64,000 nucleotides of DNA, taken from assembly GCF_009914755.1 (NCBI RefSeq), contig NC_060928.1, one strand, 5' to 3'. This stretch comes from the human T2T-CHM13v2.0 reference genome, Homo sapiens. Positions 1 to 13,206 of the stretch are shown here, one piece after another. The notes below the pieces were generated by a model that worked only from the letters and a program-made list of their open reading frames with translations, was not told the DNA's origin and ran no database searches. Both the position numbers and the translations under genes were made by a program. Position 1 is the stretch's first letter. Each line of letters begins with the position of its first letter.

Positions 1-1155
1 GGGAGGCAGGCTGGTGGGGTGGGAGCTAGGGGTAGCAGGGTAGGTGTAGGCAGGCGCCTTGGACACGTCCTCCAGCGGCTGGATGACCTTGGCCTTCAGT
101 GCGGCCATGGGGGACGCGCGGGGCGATGGCGGCGGGCTCACCGCCTTGCCATAGATGCTCGCAGGGCCGGCAGCCAGGCGGGGGGCTTTCGCAGCAGCAT
201 CCCAGGGCAAGCGGTGGCCAGGCCAGCCTTGCCCCCGGCCCCCAGGCCCCAGTTGCTCCACTTCTCCTCCATCTCTGCCTGGTACTCCTCTGCGCCTTCA
301 GCCGCTCCAGCTGGGTGCTTCTTTGCAGTTCCAGGGCCTGGGCCGCCCGCTGCTGCAGGTACAGGAACTCCTGCAGCTGCAGGAAGTGCTGGAGCGAAAA
401 GAGCTGCAACTGCTGGGCCTGGTGCAGGGGGCTGCAGCCTGGAGAGTACAGGGCGGGGCAAAGGGGCAGCACGGTGGCCCGCTCCATCAGCTCCGCAAAG
501 TGAGGCAGGTGATCTCTGGGAATGACCAACAGCTGGCCCGACTGGGAGTCCCTGACAAACTGGTAGGGCGACAGCAGGGAGCCCCCAGGCTGGGTGGGAA
601 CGCAGGGGCCATGCCCTAGTGCAGAGATGGAGGTCCCAAGCCCTAGGGGTGTCCGGCAAGCCACATGGACATGCTGCCCGAGCGGGACAACCAGGGGTGC
701 GTGGCCAGATGGGTTGCGGGGTCCACAGACCAGCAACCGGAGCCTGCCAGCACTGGGCCCCAGGTCACCAGGAGGTTGGGGTTCAGGCCTTTAGGAGCAC
801 AGCTGGTAGGGTGCACGTGGGCCAGGTCAGCCAGCTCATTACTCTCTCTGAGCAGCTTCTCCTGATCTCAGTCCAGCCAGGCCCCCAGCAGCCATTACTC
901 CTGGTGTCTGGCCCGGTGTCCACACAGTCCTCATCTGCTTGGCTGTGCTCTTTCACATTACTCAGTGACAGAGGGTGCTCCTGGTCTGCCAGCCCAGGCC
1001 CCAGCCAGCCACTGCTGCCACTATCCTTCTGCAATGCCCACAGGCGGGTGTCGCACTTCTGCTTCACCCTGGACACCAGAGCCCGCGCATCCAAATGCCT
1101 TGGCACTCTCCGGCCTCTCTGGGTCGCGCTTCAGCTGCGGGCCCCTGCCCACTGC
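1..1155 (-). pseudogene. TNRC18P1: Processed TNRC18 pseudogene (probably TNRC18P1); 5'-truncated end, continues left of the window
   Basis: TNRC18-like peptides are split across frames: QKDSGSSGWLGPGL...LSLSNVK, YQFVRDSQSGQLLVIPRDHLPHFAELMERATV...AQQLQLFS...ALELQRS and AEMEEK...GKAGLATA. The block is intronless and GC-rich and ends abruptly near a TTTT/AA site at 1168-1173. Confidence 0.9.
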
Positions 1156-1299
1156 TATCATCTCCACTTTTAACTACCCCTAAGCCACTATCCTCTCTTG
1201 CGAGAGCCTCTATATACATCTCCGCACTTCCTCCAGGCATGCATCATTATCTTCCCCCAGTAGTAAGAATGGTTCTAAAACCAGAGTCAGACAACACTC

Positions 1300-1820
1300 T
1301 TCCTTTGTTTAAAATTCCAGTGATTTTTCATCCTCTCTTGGGATAAAATTCCAAGGCCTCTAAGCCCTTCATGCTCTTTCCACCTTTCACAATGCCCTCT
1401 CTGACCAGCCACCACCAACCTCTTCTTACTCATTAGTTCTAGTGGCCTCTTCATGTTCCCCAAGTGCATCATGCAGGCTCCCTGCCAGCCACGGCCTGAG
1501 CACCGGCTGCTGGCTGCCCCCTCTGTGCTTCTCTCAGACAGCACTGTATTCGGTCCTCCATGGCATCTGTGTCTCTGCTAATTGTCATCTCACCAGAACA
1601 ATAAACGCTCAGAGAAACAGTATGTCCCCACCCTTCACTGTGCCATGTTCCTTCTTACTTGAATTTAGCACCACTTTGCATTTGTTTTTGTTTGTTGGTT
1701 TGTTTTTGCTTAGTAAATCTATCACCACTTACTCTATGGCAGAGACTGTGTGACCAGGACATGAGCCGAGGACAGTGCTGATTCACATGTAAGTGCTCAA
1801 CAAATATTTGCTGAACTTAG
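1300..1820 (+). mobile_element. L2 remnant
   Basis: Ends in an L2 3'-type motif, gtaagtgctcaacaaatatttgctgaa. Boundaries approximate. Confidence 0.55.
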
Positions 1821-1834
1821 GGGGTCCTCATGAT

Positions 1835-1995
1835 CATTCCAGGAAGTAAGTGCTCTTCCTATCCCCATTTCAGAGACAAAGAAATCGTAGTTTAGCCAAA
1901 ATCATTAACTTGCCCAAGTCTACACAGCTGGTAAGCAGCAAAGCTAAGTTCAAACCCAGGTCGTCTGATTTGAGAACTCGTGCTCTTAGCTCCAT
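1835..1995 (-). mobile_element. MIR remnant
   Basis: MIR core: atccccatttcagag...aacttgcccaagtctacacagctggtaag...ttcaaacccagg. Confidence 0.7.
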
Positions 1996-2065
1996 CCCGG
2001 GGAAACTCCCTGGCACCTTACCTTTCTGACTTGCTGCACAGCACAGTAGGCACCCAATAACTGGC

Positions 2066-2212
2066 TAGGGATGCCAGATTCAATGAATAAAAGCATAGGA
2101 AATACAGGATGCCCAGTTAAATTTGAATTTCAGGAAAACAATGAATACTTTTTTACTATAAGTATATCCCAATCAATATTAATTAATCCTGTATTTTTTT
2201 CTGACATCCCTA
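2066..2212. mobile_element. MER53-like hAT MITE
   Basis: TIRs tagggatgccaga and tctgacatcccta; degenerate 8-bp TSD taactggc / taaatagc. Confidence 0.8.
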
Positions 2213-2869
2213 TAAATAGCACCACTCTATAGATCAGTCTGTGTAGTGGACTCTAAACTATCCTATTTCCTAAGTTGGAGTTTACAGCAAAAAAGACTAT
2301 GCCTTTCTAGTACCTTTTACTTTCTGTTTTGGAAGGACTAATCCAGGGAATTGAAAGGAATGACCCAGGCATTCCTTTCAGATAATCAGAGCAAAAGAGT
2401 ACACTGACATCTCTGAATCTTCCCAGTCCATGTTCCACCAGCAATGTGGTGAGTGGGTCTCAACCTTACAAAAGCAGGATTTATGGAAGAAACTTCTTAT
2501 CTCCAAGGAAGTGCCTTCCAAAGGTGGAATCAGATTCTTCTCAACAATGAAGATGCAATATTTATTTGCACTGAAAAGCTGGAATTCAAGAGTTAGTAGG
2601 GGCTGCCATTAATGATGAAAAGCAATCATATTTAATTCACTATGGGGTTTTATCTTTGGCTAGGAAAGAAAAACTTTCAAGGAAGGTAAGTATTTTGATC
2701 CAAACAGAAAAGCAGTGAGCATCCATTGCAAATTACATGCCTACTGATGAAGAACTGGATTTATTACTTCAAACTGGGCCATAGGATGCCTGTGATCAAT
2801 AAAAAACACTAGCTGTGAGACAGAAGGAAAGACAGTTTTATTGTACCTACAATTGTTAGGGACATTAAC

Positions 2870-3250
2870 ATGCCATCTCATTTGCACCTTACAATAACTT
2901 TAGTGAGTCTAGACTGCTACCTCTGTTTTGCGAATGGGCAAACCAAGGCTTGGAGAGGTTAATTAAGTCCCCCAGAGTTCCACAGTGGCTGAGCTGCAAG
3001 TGGTCTGAGGCTCAGATAAATAGCTCTGTAACTCCACCAACTACCATTCTATCATAGGCAGTAAGTTCTTCCTTGTCTCTGGGTTGAAAAGAACATAAAT
3101 TTTGGAGCTAGACAAAATTTGATTCAAATTATTGTTCTTTGACTAATTACCTATGTGAGTGGGCAACTCAGTTGAATCTTCTGACCCTGTTTCTTCCTCT
3201 ATAAAATGAGACCCCAAAGCTGTCCTTGTAAAACTGTGTTGGAGATAAAG
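2870..3250. mobile_element. Two MIR remnants in opposite orientation
   Basis: Motifs aaaccaaggcttggagaggttaattaa and tctgaccctgtttcttcctctataaaatgag. Confidence 0.55.
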
Positions 3251-3574
3251 TTCCAATAATAGTAACTAATATTAAACATTGGCTTTGTAATCTTTTGCAG
3301 GGTGCCAAGCAAAAGAGCTATTTCCTCACAAGCCTGACATTCAAAGAGCCCCGTGTGTCTTAGATCTAATTAATATCAACTAGAAATGGATTCTGCTATT
3401 TGTTAGGCAGGGCCCCTTCCTCAGCCAGGACTCTGCAACTTGCCAGAGACAGAACACAGTGGCCCTTCCCTCTGGAGCAAATGGTCCCAACCTAAATGTA
3501 AACCGTGGACTCCAAGTTCCTGCTTGGTTATTTCTGGAGGATTTGTAAAGGAATGTGAACAATTAGAATGACAT

Positions 3575-3630
3575 GGGGGTCTCTCCCTCCCCCGACTTTG
3601 GGGGGGGTCTCTCCCTCCCCCGACTTTGGG
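3575..3630. repeat. Perfect 2 x 28-bp tandem duplication
   Basis: gggggtctctccctcccccgactttggg at 3575-3602 and 3603-3630. Confidence 0.95.
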
Positions 3631-4042
3631 AGGGGCTCTGCCAGAATTAAATGCTAAAAATAGGACAAACAAAACTTGGCTCAGTAAATGCTGCAGCCAA
3701 CACTTCCCATTACCCAAAACAAAGACACAGGTGTGGATATAATACCTTCTCTCAGGCACCACATATTCCAGTTCCTTGAGAAGTGCTAGTTCACTAATAT
3801 CACAATAATACTTGTTCCAGCAAACAGAATTTGTGCTGGAGGTGAGGGAGCCTATAATTATTTTAATTTTCTAAAATTTCCCTTCCTTAAACAATAAACA
3901 CAATTATCCATCTTTGTTTATATCTCTTATCCAACTCAACTATTTTAAAAATTTTGTTTTGATGTAATCCAACTCAATTCTTATCTGAATGTTTCTGTGG
4001 CCTGTTTCTAATTTTTCAGTTTAATTTCTAACATCTTTATGA

Positions 4043-4441
<399 letters not shown>

Positions 4442-6211
4442 TAGGTGTGTGGCCCTTCATTTCATACCACCTTCCCCCATCCTGCCTGCAGATGTTCCCT
4501 TTCTCTCCCCCAGACTTAGAACAAGGAACAAGTAGCTCAGATAAAGCAATGAGGTAGAGATGAGTCTGTCTCAAGTTTATGTTCTCTGGTCCTCCCACCC
4601 CACCATCATTCCTGAGCGGAACAAGAGTTCCCCTGCCCAGGCTGGGCAGTGTTTCTGTGATTTACTTTATCCTTCAAAGCTTACCCTGTGTTACCGGGAA
4701 GACAAGGATGGATGAAGAACAGATACAGATTTTTAAAAGAGACTGACCACAAGGTCAAGCTCAATCAAGTTCAATCAGCCCTTCCTTTCTAAATCCTCCA
4801 AAGAGAACTTGAAATATTTAAATGCTACAGCTTAAAAAACACCTAGCAAAGCAACAACAAAGCTCAATGTAGGCCAGAGGGCCATGGAATGATGTGAATG
4901 AGTCTGCCCACCACAGGGGAATTTACTGAAATAAAAAGAAGGCATTGGTTCTAATATGCAAAGTCTATGGCTTATTTCTATTTTAAAATAAAACTAGGTC
5001 ATCAAATTATGCTCAAAATGCCTCTTTGGTGTTTCTGAATTTGTGGGGTTATTTTCCCAGTATGCAGAATGGGGTTCACTACTGTTAGCAGAAGGCTGAG
5101 CACCAGTGACACCTGAGACATTCCTTGATCAGAAAAAACTCCAAATACTTAAGATAGTAAATGAAGCTTTGCCTTGGATGACTGGGTGAGAGAGGGGAGA
5201 AATTGATGGAATGTGAGGCTTTAGGTATAGAAAAGCCTAACATTACAGGAGGCAGAGCCCAAGAGACGAGAGAGGGATTCTCACACACAGGGAGCTTCGA
5301 AGGAGCAGCCCCACACACTCCCCCTTGACTTCTATGGGGGTGGCGTCTGTCTGCACCTGTGTACTTATGTGTTAGGTGGGGAGTAGATGTTCAGGAGGGC
5401 AGAAGAAGAGGGTGAGGGGGGAAGAGGAGGCAGGAGATGATAAGAAGAAACAAGGATATGAATTCAGGGAAGAAAACTCTGGTGGAGTCCCATGTTCGTT
5501 GAATGGGTGGCCCTTTCTAGGGTACTCTGATCTCTAAAGAGTCTCACGCCATGACTATATTCCCATCAGGGAACACCCTCATAACTCTGCCAGAAGTGGG
5601 CCCATATTTTATATTTGAATACAGTATTTATATTTTACGTAAAAATATATCATTTAATATTTTATGCTTCTTTAGGTGCCATGTCTTTTGAGATCTTTTG
5701 TCTACCAGAAAGGGCTAGAGAAACAGTTGTCACATAAATATGGAAATTACAAAAAACATTTAGTTTCAATACTCCATGTAAACTATTAGCTGTTGTGTGA
5801 ACATGCTGCTGATTAAATTACAAAAAATAACTCTAAGCACAGTGCCCAGTATCACTATATTTTTACCTAGAATTTATTTTGAAAGTTGCTGTAAAGCAGA
5901 AATCATGAACAGGCAGCCAGTAGGCTAGAAAGTCCATGATGAATATTGTTTGGCCCAGGGAGTATTATAAAAAACAGTAATCTTCAAATAAAACAAAGAG
6001 TTCCAACTTCTCTTGAAAAATTAAAAGTTCTGGCAGCAATGGTTCCTTGCCTCAGGTGGTAAAGAGACTGTCAACTCTAGCAGGCTCCAGCTGTCTAGTT
6101 CCAGAAGCCCACCCTTTCCTACCACCTTCACTCCCTACCCCATTGTTAAGTGCCTTGATGAGCGACGCCACAGTCATGTGAATTTGTAATTCTGCTCTAG
6201 AGTATTTTCTT

Positions 6212-6513
<302 letters not shown>

Positions 6514-6865
6514 TCTATTTTCTTTATATACACACCAATAATGTAAAGTTCAGCCTCTATAAAGGAGACATGCTTTTGACACCTGGACATTGTAGAAAAG
6601 GCACAGTTTCATAGCCACATGTAGCAAGTGGGACACATAGCAAGTCCCAGATTTCACATAAATTTTATAAAAACTGATGGCCCTCATCTTCTTCATCAGC
6701 AATATAGGGAAAATAATTCCTACCTCTTTGGAATGGTGTAAGACTTTTATGCACACATAGGTAAAACAATTAGTATGGTAGCTTTTATTATTCCCAGCAT
6801 TGTTGATAAAAGAAAGAGGAAGATGAAGAGGATAGAAAAAACACTTTTCAAAATCAGCAAAACCT

Positions 6866-7158
6866 GGCTAGGCACAGTGGCTCATGCCTATAATCCCAGC
6901 ACTTTGGGAGGCCAAGGCGGGCAGATCACTTGAGCTCATCAGATGAGCCTGGCCAACATGGTGAAACCCCGTCTCCACAAAAAAGACAAAAATTAGCCAG
7001 GTGTAGTGGTGCACACCTGCAGTACCAGCTACTCAGGAGGCTGAGCTGGAAGGATGGCTTGAGCCTGGGAGGTAGAGGTTGGAGTGAGCCGAGATGGCAC
7101 CACTGCACTCCAGCCTAGGTGATAGGGCAAGACCTTGTCTCAATAACAACAAAACAAT
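6866..7158 (+). mobile_element. Alu (J/S)
   Basis: Full-length Alu, inverted relative to the 6212-6513 copy about 350 bp away. Confidence 0.92.
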
Positions 7159-7635
7159 CTCAAAACTTGCTAATGTTATAACTGAGATTCCATTAACAAC
7201 GGGTGAGAACTAACTTATAGGTCCACATTTTCTTTTGAGGTATAAACAAACTTTTAAAAATTAAACTTAAAATTCAAAGCTATGGATTAGCAAAAAATGC
7301 CATGCCGAAACTCACCTTATCTGTTAGAGACACATAATGAAGAATTTATCTGTTAGAGATACATTCTTTTACAGGTGAAATAATACACTGTCTGGACTTT
7401 GCTTTAAGTTACTTCAGGAAAAAAAGAAAAAAAGTGGGGAGGAGTAATAAAACAAAGATCAGAAAAATGTTGATAATTGTTGGGACTGGATGATGGGTTA
7501 AAGGAAATGTATTATGTTATCCTTTTGGCTCATACTGGGCTTGAAAATATCTAGTGCTGATAATGTATCCCCAGGGCTGAGCATGATACCTGGCATAAGA
7601 AAGGTGCTTATACAATCTTAAATAAAGATTTCCTT

Positions 7636-7940
7636 GGTTGGGCACGGTGGCTTATGCCTGTAATCTTAGGACTTTGGGAGGCTGAGGTGGATGGATCACT
7701 TAAGGCCAGGAGTTCGAGATCAACCTAGCCAACTTGGTGAAACCCCATCTCTACCAAAAATACCAAAAGATTAGCCAGCCTTGGTGGTGCACGCCTGTAG
7801 TTTCAGCTACTTGGGAGGCTGAGACATGAGAATCACATGAACCCCGGAGGTGGAGGTTGCAGTGAGCCAAGATCAAGCCACTATACTCCAGCCTGGGTGA
7901 CAGAGGGAGACCCTGTCTCAAATAAAAAAAAAAAAAAAAA
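7636..7940 (+). mobile_element. AluS
   Basis: Full-length with A-tail; TSD aaagattt. Confidence 0.92.
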
Positions 7941-9099
7941 GATTTTGTTAATACATGAATAGACAAATGCTGTTTCTTGCATCTCCTGGGTCTTTCCCAT
8001 ATACAACCACACTATCTTTTTTGCTTGTCTATTCCTTCAGCTCTCCCCCTCCTCTAATTTGTTGCACAGGAAGCAGAGATAATGTACTTCAAGAAGAATG
8101 CTCTTCAGTCTCCAGTGGCTGTTAGATGCCTTCCAAGTCAATTAGTGATTTCAAGACTCCCTACTAACCAGCTCCACTGGACCAGTTGACCTCATGACCA
8201 TCGGTACATCCATAATTCCATCTCTCTTCTAATCCAAATAAAGTCCCTTGGTCCTGGCTTTAATGCGAGGGAGCTCTTCCTTGGATACTGGCTGCCACTT
8301 TCTAGCTGTGCAGCTTGGAACAACTAGCTCAACCTCTCTTAACTTACATTTTCACCTTAAAATGCATTAACATTTACATGGCAGAGCTGTCTACAAGGCA
8401 CCCAGCACCTTGCCCCACACATGGCAGGCTCTCGATGAGTAATAGCTATTATAGTAATCATTAATAAGCCAGAGACACATTACTCTAAGCTTTCATAAAT
8501 GCCTATCCATCTTCACAGATTGTGCCTTCTGTTTTATTAGCCACATCCTTTCCCTGCTTAACACTTTTCAGACTAAACACACTGGGCTGGGTCATCTCGA
8601 ACATGAAGCAGCTCTGTGATAGCTGTGTACCCACTTTAAGGCCTATTAACATCCTCTTGTGCCTTCCAGGAGGGGCATCTCAGTCTATGAATCAAACTTT
8701 AAGATTGGGACTTTGTCTTCTACTTCTATATTACTCTGCTCAAAGTGCAGGGCTTCACACAAGGGTCTACACAGAAGAAAACTGGAGTCTCACACCACTT
8801 ACACAATTCCTTTCAACAGAGGCTTAGGGGAACTTATAATGAGTGAGATTTTCCCCAGGAGGTATTTATGAAGCGAAGTTATCAATATCAGACTAATTTC
8901 TAGCAACTTAGGGAGCCCTTAACTAAATTTCAAAAGATGAATGTGCTCTCAGTATTTCTTTCCTATGTTTCAATTGTCACGGCTAATTATCCTGAAGAAC
9001 AGAAAGAAATGCATTGTGTATCTTAGAACACTCAGGTGTCATGCCTGAGCCCAAACCAGATTCTTACCCACATCAGTGATTAGCCCCATTCTGCATCCA

Positions 9100-9300
9100 G
9101 CGCAGTGAATCTCAACCCTCACCGGACATTTGGAATCGCCAGGGAAACTTCTTAAAATATATGTACTCTTGGGCTTCATGCCTACATTCAGATTTAATTG
9201 GTCTGGGATGGAGCCTAGGAGTTTATGTTTTTAAAAGCTTAGCTTAAAAAAAAAATTAAGTGATGTAATGCACAGACAGGATTGAAAACCACCAATTTAA
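9100..9300. mobile_element. MER5-like hAT fossil
   Basis: cagtgaatctcaacc...attcagatttaattggtctgggatggagcctagga...ttgaaaaccacc. Confidence 0.6.
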
Positions 9301-9724
9301 TGGTTAGGAGGGAAAAAAACAATCAGCAAGAGTTCGTGGTGTTCTCTTTAAGTTGATCTACAAGGCATTAGAGAGCCACTGGAAACATAAGCAGAGTAGT
9401 GACACTTAAGCAGAGAAGAGAAAACAAAAACCTAGTTATCACGCACTGAAAGACCTGGTAATATAGGCACTGATATAAATTAAAAGGATTGTCTTTCCAG
9501 GCAGAGGAAGGGAACTGCGGCTTTGTCCTGTGATAGGATGTCTGGCAGCCTGAGGGCCACCATTAGGGATCAGCCCAAGAAGACGTAAATGGAAATCAGC
9601 TGTTGGCCTTGTCTCAATTTCTTTGCTTTCGCTTTAAAAATGGGCAAAATGCTGACTTCAGCATGAAGCTAGCTTATCTGCTGTTGAGAAAAAAGCTGAG
9701 TTGCCACATACTAAGCTTTAATAC

Positions 9725-10228
9725 TGTTAGGAATAACGCTCAAAACCCTAAGGAAATTGAACACTTGAACAAAAGATTCTTAGCAAAGCAATTTTACTTC
9801 TGCACAGAGGGGTGCCTCCTTGGCCAGTTGCCATGAGAGCACACCTGAACAAAGGGCATGAGAGCCTTTATTCCTGACACCAAGTCCTGCCCCTGTACCC
9901 TTTCCCCATTGTCTGGGGTCGGGTTGTACAATCTAATCCCGGTTGGCTAAACATTTGATTTTTTTAGATAGGGTGGGTAAGTAAAAGAAAGTAGAGAGAA
10001 AGGGGAAGGGGGTGTCTGTAATGAGCTAGAAAGTTAGTCCTCTTTCCAAATAAGGAAAGGAATGTGAGCTGGTACTGATAATGCTTGGTACTGAGGCATG
10101 CCTAGGCATCTAACAAAAGCAAAAAGAAAAAAGGAGAAAAAGAAGAAAGGGGTGGGGGGGGGGTACTACGAATTAAAGAATAAAAGATTGATCAGATTAT
10201 TTGAAGAGAAACCCCATTATATCCCACA
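9725..10228 (-). mobile_element. Solo LTR, LTR18B-like (family from memory)
   Basis: TG...CA termini. Minus strand begins TGTGGGATATAATGGGGTTTCTCTTCAAATAA and ends GCGTTATTCCTAACA. Confidence 0.75.
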
Positions 10229-11878
10229 AAACCTTGGTCCAGAATTCTTTTAACAATAAAGGTCTGAGGATTCCTTTAGAAAAGCAACCCACAGATAGAA
10301 AAGCTCTTGCTTACATCATACAGTACTATTCCAAAGTCCTGGGGCGATGACTTTTTTAAATGCATATGGAAATAGTTTTGGAGACAGTAAGGTGAAACAT
10401 TCATTCTTTATCTCCAATAGTGGAAACATAAATTGAGACATCCTTCATGGAAATTAGACAGTGTGTGCCAATAGCTTGATCATTCTTTTTTTTTTAATCT
10501 AATTTTTTTAATCCAAACTTTTAATGTAAATTCATTTCTAGGATTCTAAGACAATAATCAGAGATGTGATATTTGGGTACAAGTTTATCTTAGAATGCTA
10601 TATAATACTGAAAATTTGGAAGAAATCGAAGTAAATGTCTAACAAAAGGGAACTAGGTAAATAAATTTTGTTACCTCATTAAAGCAGAATACAATTTAGT
10701 AAAATCATGCCTTCATATAATATTTAATATATTAGGGAATGCTCATGGTATACATAGAAAATGACAGAGCAAGTATTTAGAAGGACTTTTTTTTAAAGTG
10801 TATGTTGTAAGTATAAAAACATACTTAAGGGAAATGTAAAACGCTTATAGGATACAGTTTATTTTTTTCTTCCTATTTCCCTACAATTTCTAAAATGAAC
10901 ATGTATTGCTTTTATGATTCTAAAACAAAGTATTTTGCTTTCAATATATATGGAGTTTCAATGAAGATTTTAAAAAATAATTACCAGTCTTTCTCTTATT
11001 ATGAGTTAAGGACACACATTTCTGAAAAGATTTCTATATCCATAGCAATTTTTTTTAAAAGCACTAAATTTTTTACTTTAAGAGAGACTTTCTGATCTCA
11101 CTCCATTCCTCACTATTTGTCTCTTATCCACTTTGTTGCTAGCTGGAATATGACAATCACCAATCAAAATCACAAAACACCTGTAGAGAGCATAGTGCAC
11201 TCAGCAGAATACTCAGGCTTTCTCAGTGATCATTTCTATAAAAGTTTAGAGAATCAAGGATCAGGAAATGAAGAAACCATCAAGTGTTATGAGCACTTGG
11301 GGCCCCACAAACCACCAGGTGTTAAGGGGGAAAGTGGCACTGTGGTTCCTTCACCCCAAAAAGCGTATTAGTTCTGTTGTGAGATAGAGCGGCAGATCAG
11401 GCTGATTCCAGGGTCATCATGGACAAGAAAGCATCCTCCCCCATCCAAGCCAAGCAATTTTAGAGGAATCCTAGGACTCTGGTCTACTCTGGGCTATACA
11501 GGCTATACTAAGTGTCTCAGACTATCTACTTCAAAGAAGCCCTAAGTACTTAGCATGGGAACAGAAAGCAAATTGATTTGTGAAGGTCAGCCTCCCCATC
11601 CCTACTCTCAACAGCCCCTACTTAATCTACAAAGAGTTCAATCTGAGCTGCTACTAGATCAGGCTTCAGGATGTGAATGGTAAAGCACTGGAGAGCCACA
11701 GCTTGTCTTGCCATGTGCTACTATGGTATTAGACCCATTAAGACATCCAGGCTCCATTCAATGTCCATCTCTGGAGGCCAAAGCTGTCAGCTAGCACAGA
11801 ACTACTTACTTCTGGCCAGTAGTTCTCACTGTAGAAGGAATGTAGAAGTAGTTCTCAATGTAGAAGGAAGCAGGTAAG

Positions 11879-12720
11879 CCTATAGTCTCAATGTTTTTAT
11901 TCCCTCTAAAACTCATGTTGAAAATTAATCCCCATCACAACAGTGTTGGAAAGTGGGGTCTAATAGGAGGTATTTAGTGTGGAGTCCTAATTAGGGAAAA
12001 GGAGTCGGGCTGGCAAGACCCAGGGAAAGCAAAATAAATAAATATATAAATAAATAATCAAAACAGATAAGCTATAAGTCTGCCCTTTTTCATGATCCAG
12101 AACACATAGGTCTCCTGTGCAAATAACTCATAATCTTCCTGCGCCCAGCTATCACCAGACCCTGGGCTGACAGAAAAATGCAAGTTAGCTCACTACAACC
12201 TCAGCGTTACCAGTACTGCACAAAGCCCTCTCCAGCACACAGCACAAGAACCATCCTATAAAATCCCCAGCAAGGCTTTGTCTCTTTGCAGTTAACTCCT
12301 CTCTTGCTAACTTGCCCATTGCATCCTTGCAATGTACTTTCATGCTTTCCTTAATAAATCTGCTTTTCTTTACTTACAACTGTCTTGGTAAATTCTTCCT
12401 ACTACCCTCCTGATACCAGCCTCAGATAGTTGCCAATCACCTGCAACATTTAGGTCATGAAGACTCTGCCTTCACAAATGGATTAATGGCACTATAAAAA
12501 GGTCTTATGAGCATGGGTTCTCTCTCTTCTGCCAGTGAAGACATGGTATTTCTCCCCTCCGGAGGACACTGCATGCAAGGTGCCATCTTGGAAGCAGAAA
12601 GGCCAGGACCTAACCTGCCAATGCCTTGATTTGGGGCGTCCCAAAGTCTAGAACTGAGAAATAAATATCTGTTCTTTGCCTAGTCTGTGGTATTCTGTTA
12701 TAGCAGCACAAAACAGGCAG
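11879..12720 (+). mobile_element. MST-family MaLR LTR split by a nested LTR
   Basis: 5' part ...aaaactcatgttgaaaattaatcccc... resumes at 12449 with tttaggtcatgaagactctgccttcacaaatggattaat and ends gtggtattctgttatagcagcacaaaacag. Confidence 0.85.
11978..12448 (+). mobile_element. Solo ERVL LTR, LTR47-like
   Basis: TG...CA ends and perfect 5-bp TSD tttag (11973-11977, 12449-12453). TATAAAA at 12257, AATAAA at 12353. Confidence 0.82.
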
Positions 12721-12776
12721 CAGTGGAAGTGTCGAATGCATGGTTAAGCCCTGCTCAGCCAGGAGACAAGACCTAC

Positions 12777-12906
12777 CTCGTAGGAAGTTCTGATGAGTCT
12801 AAAGATGTCTACCTCAGGGTAAGGTTCCACATCATCGCTGAGCAAGGAGTGGAGGTGAGGAATGGGAGGCAGTGTGCTGTCTTTATTGGTCACACTGTCT
12901 AAATAC
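12777..12906 (-). CDS. TBC1D9: TBC1D9 exon 13 (130 bp): YLDSVTNKDSTLPPIPHLHSLLSDDVEPYPEVDIFRLIRTSYE
   Basis: Read manually. Acceptor ttcttccag|G, donor GAG|gtaggt. Confidence 0.95.
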
Positions 12907-13206
12907 CTGGAAGAAGAATGCATCAGAAGTCACAGGAGAAGAAACTGGAATCCTCCCATTATAATTCTCCAATCATTTTCTGCAAGTTCTACATTTTAAA
13001 ACAAAGGACTAGAGTTTCTTTAAAGATGGAAAGAGAGAAAGAAATTCTGTTAATTTCTAAAGAAAAAGCATATGAAAATAAATCCTCAGCCACAGGAAGA
13101 AGCGGGCATTATGATCACCATCAAATCAGTTAAGACTCATGAAATGAAGAGAAAGCATGAGGAAGAAAACCGGAGATGGTTTTCAAAGTTAGGCTTAGTA
13201 CAATAC

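Noticed and set aside
19-1346. Multiple overlapping plus-strand ORFs
   Set aside because: Antisense shadows of GC-rich TNRC18 pseudogene sequence.
11818-11869. 23-bp near-perfect direct repeat (similar small ones at 7317-7365 and 46802-46830)
   Set aside because: Two-copy local slippage duplications; no array or spacer structure, so not CRISPR-like.
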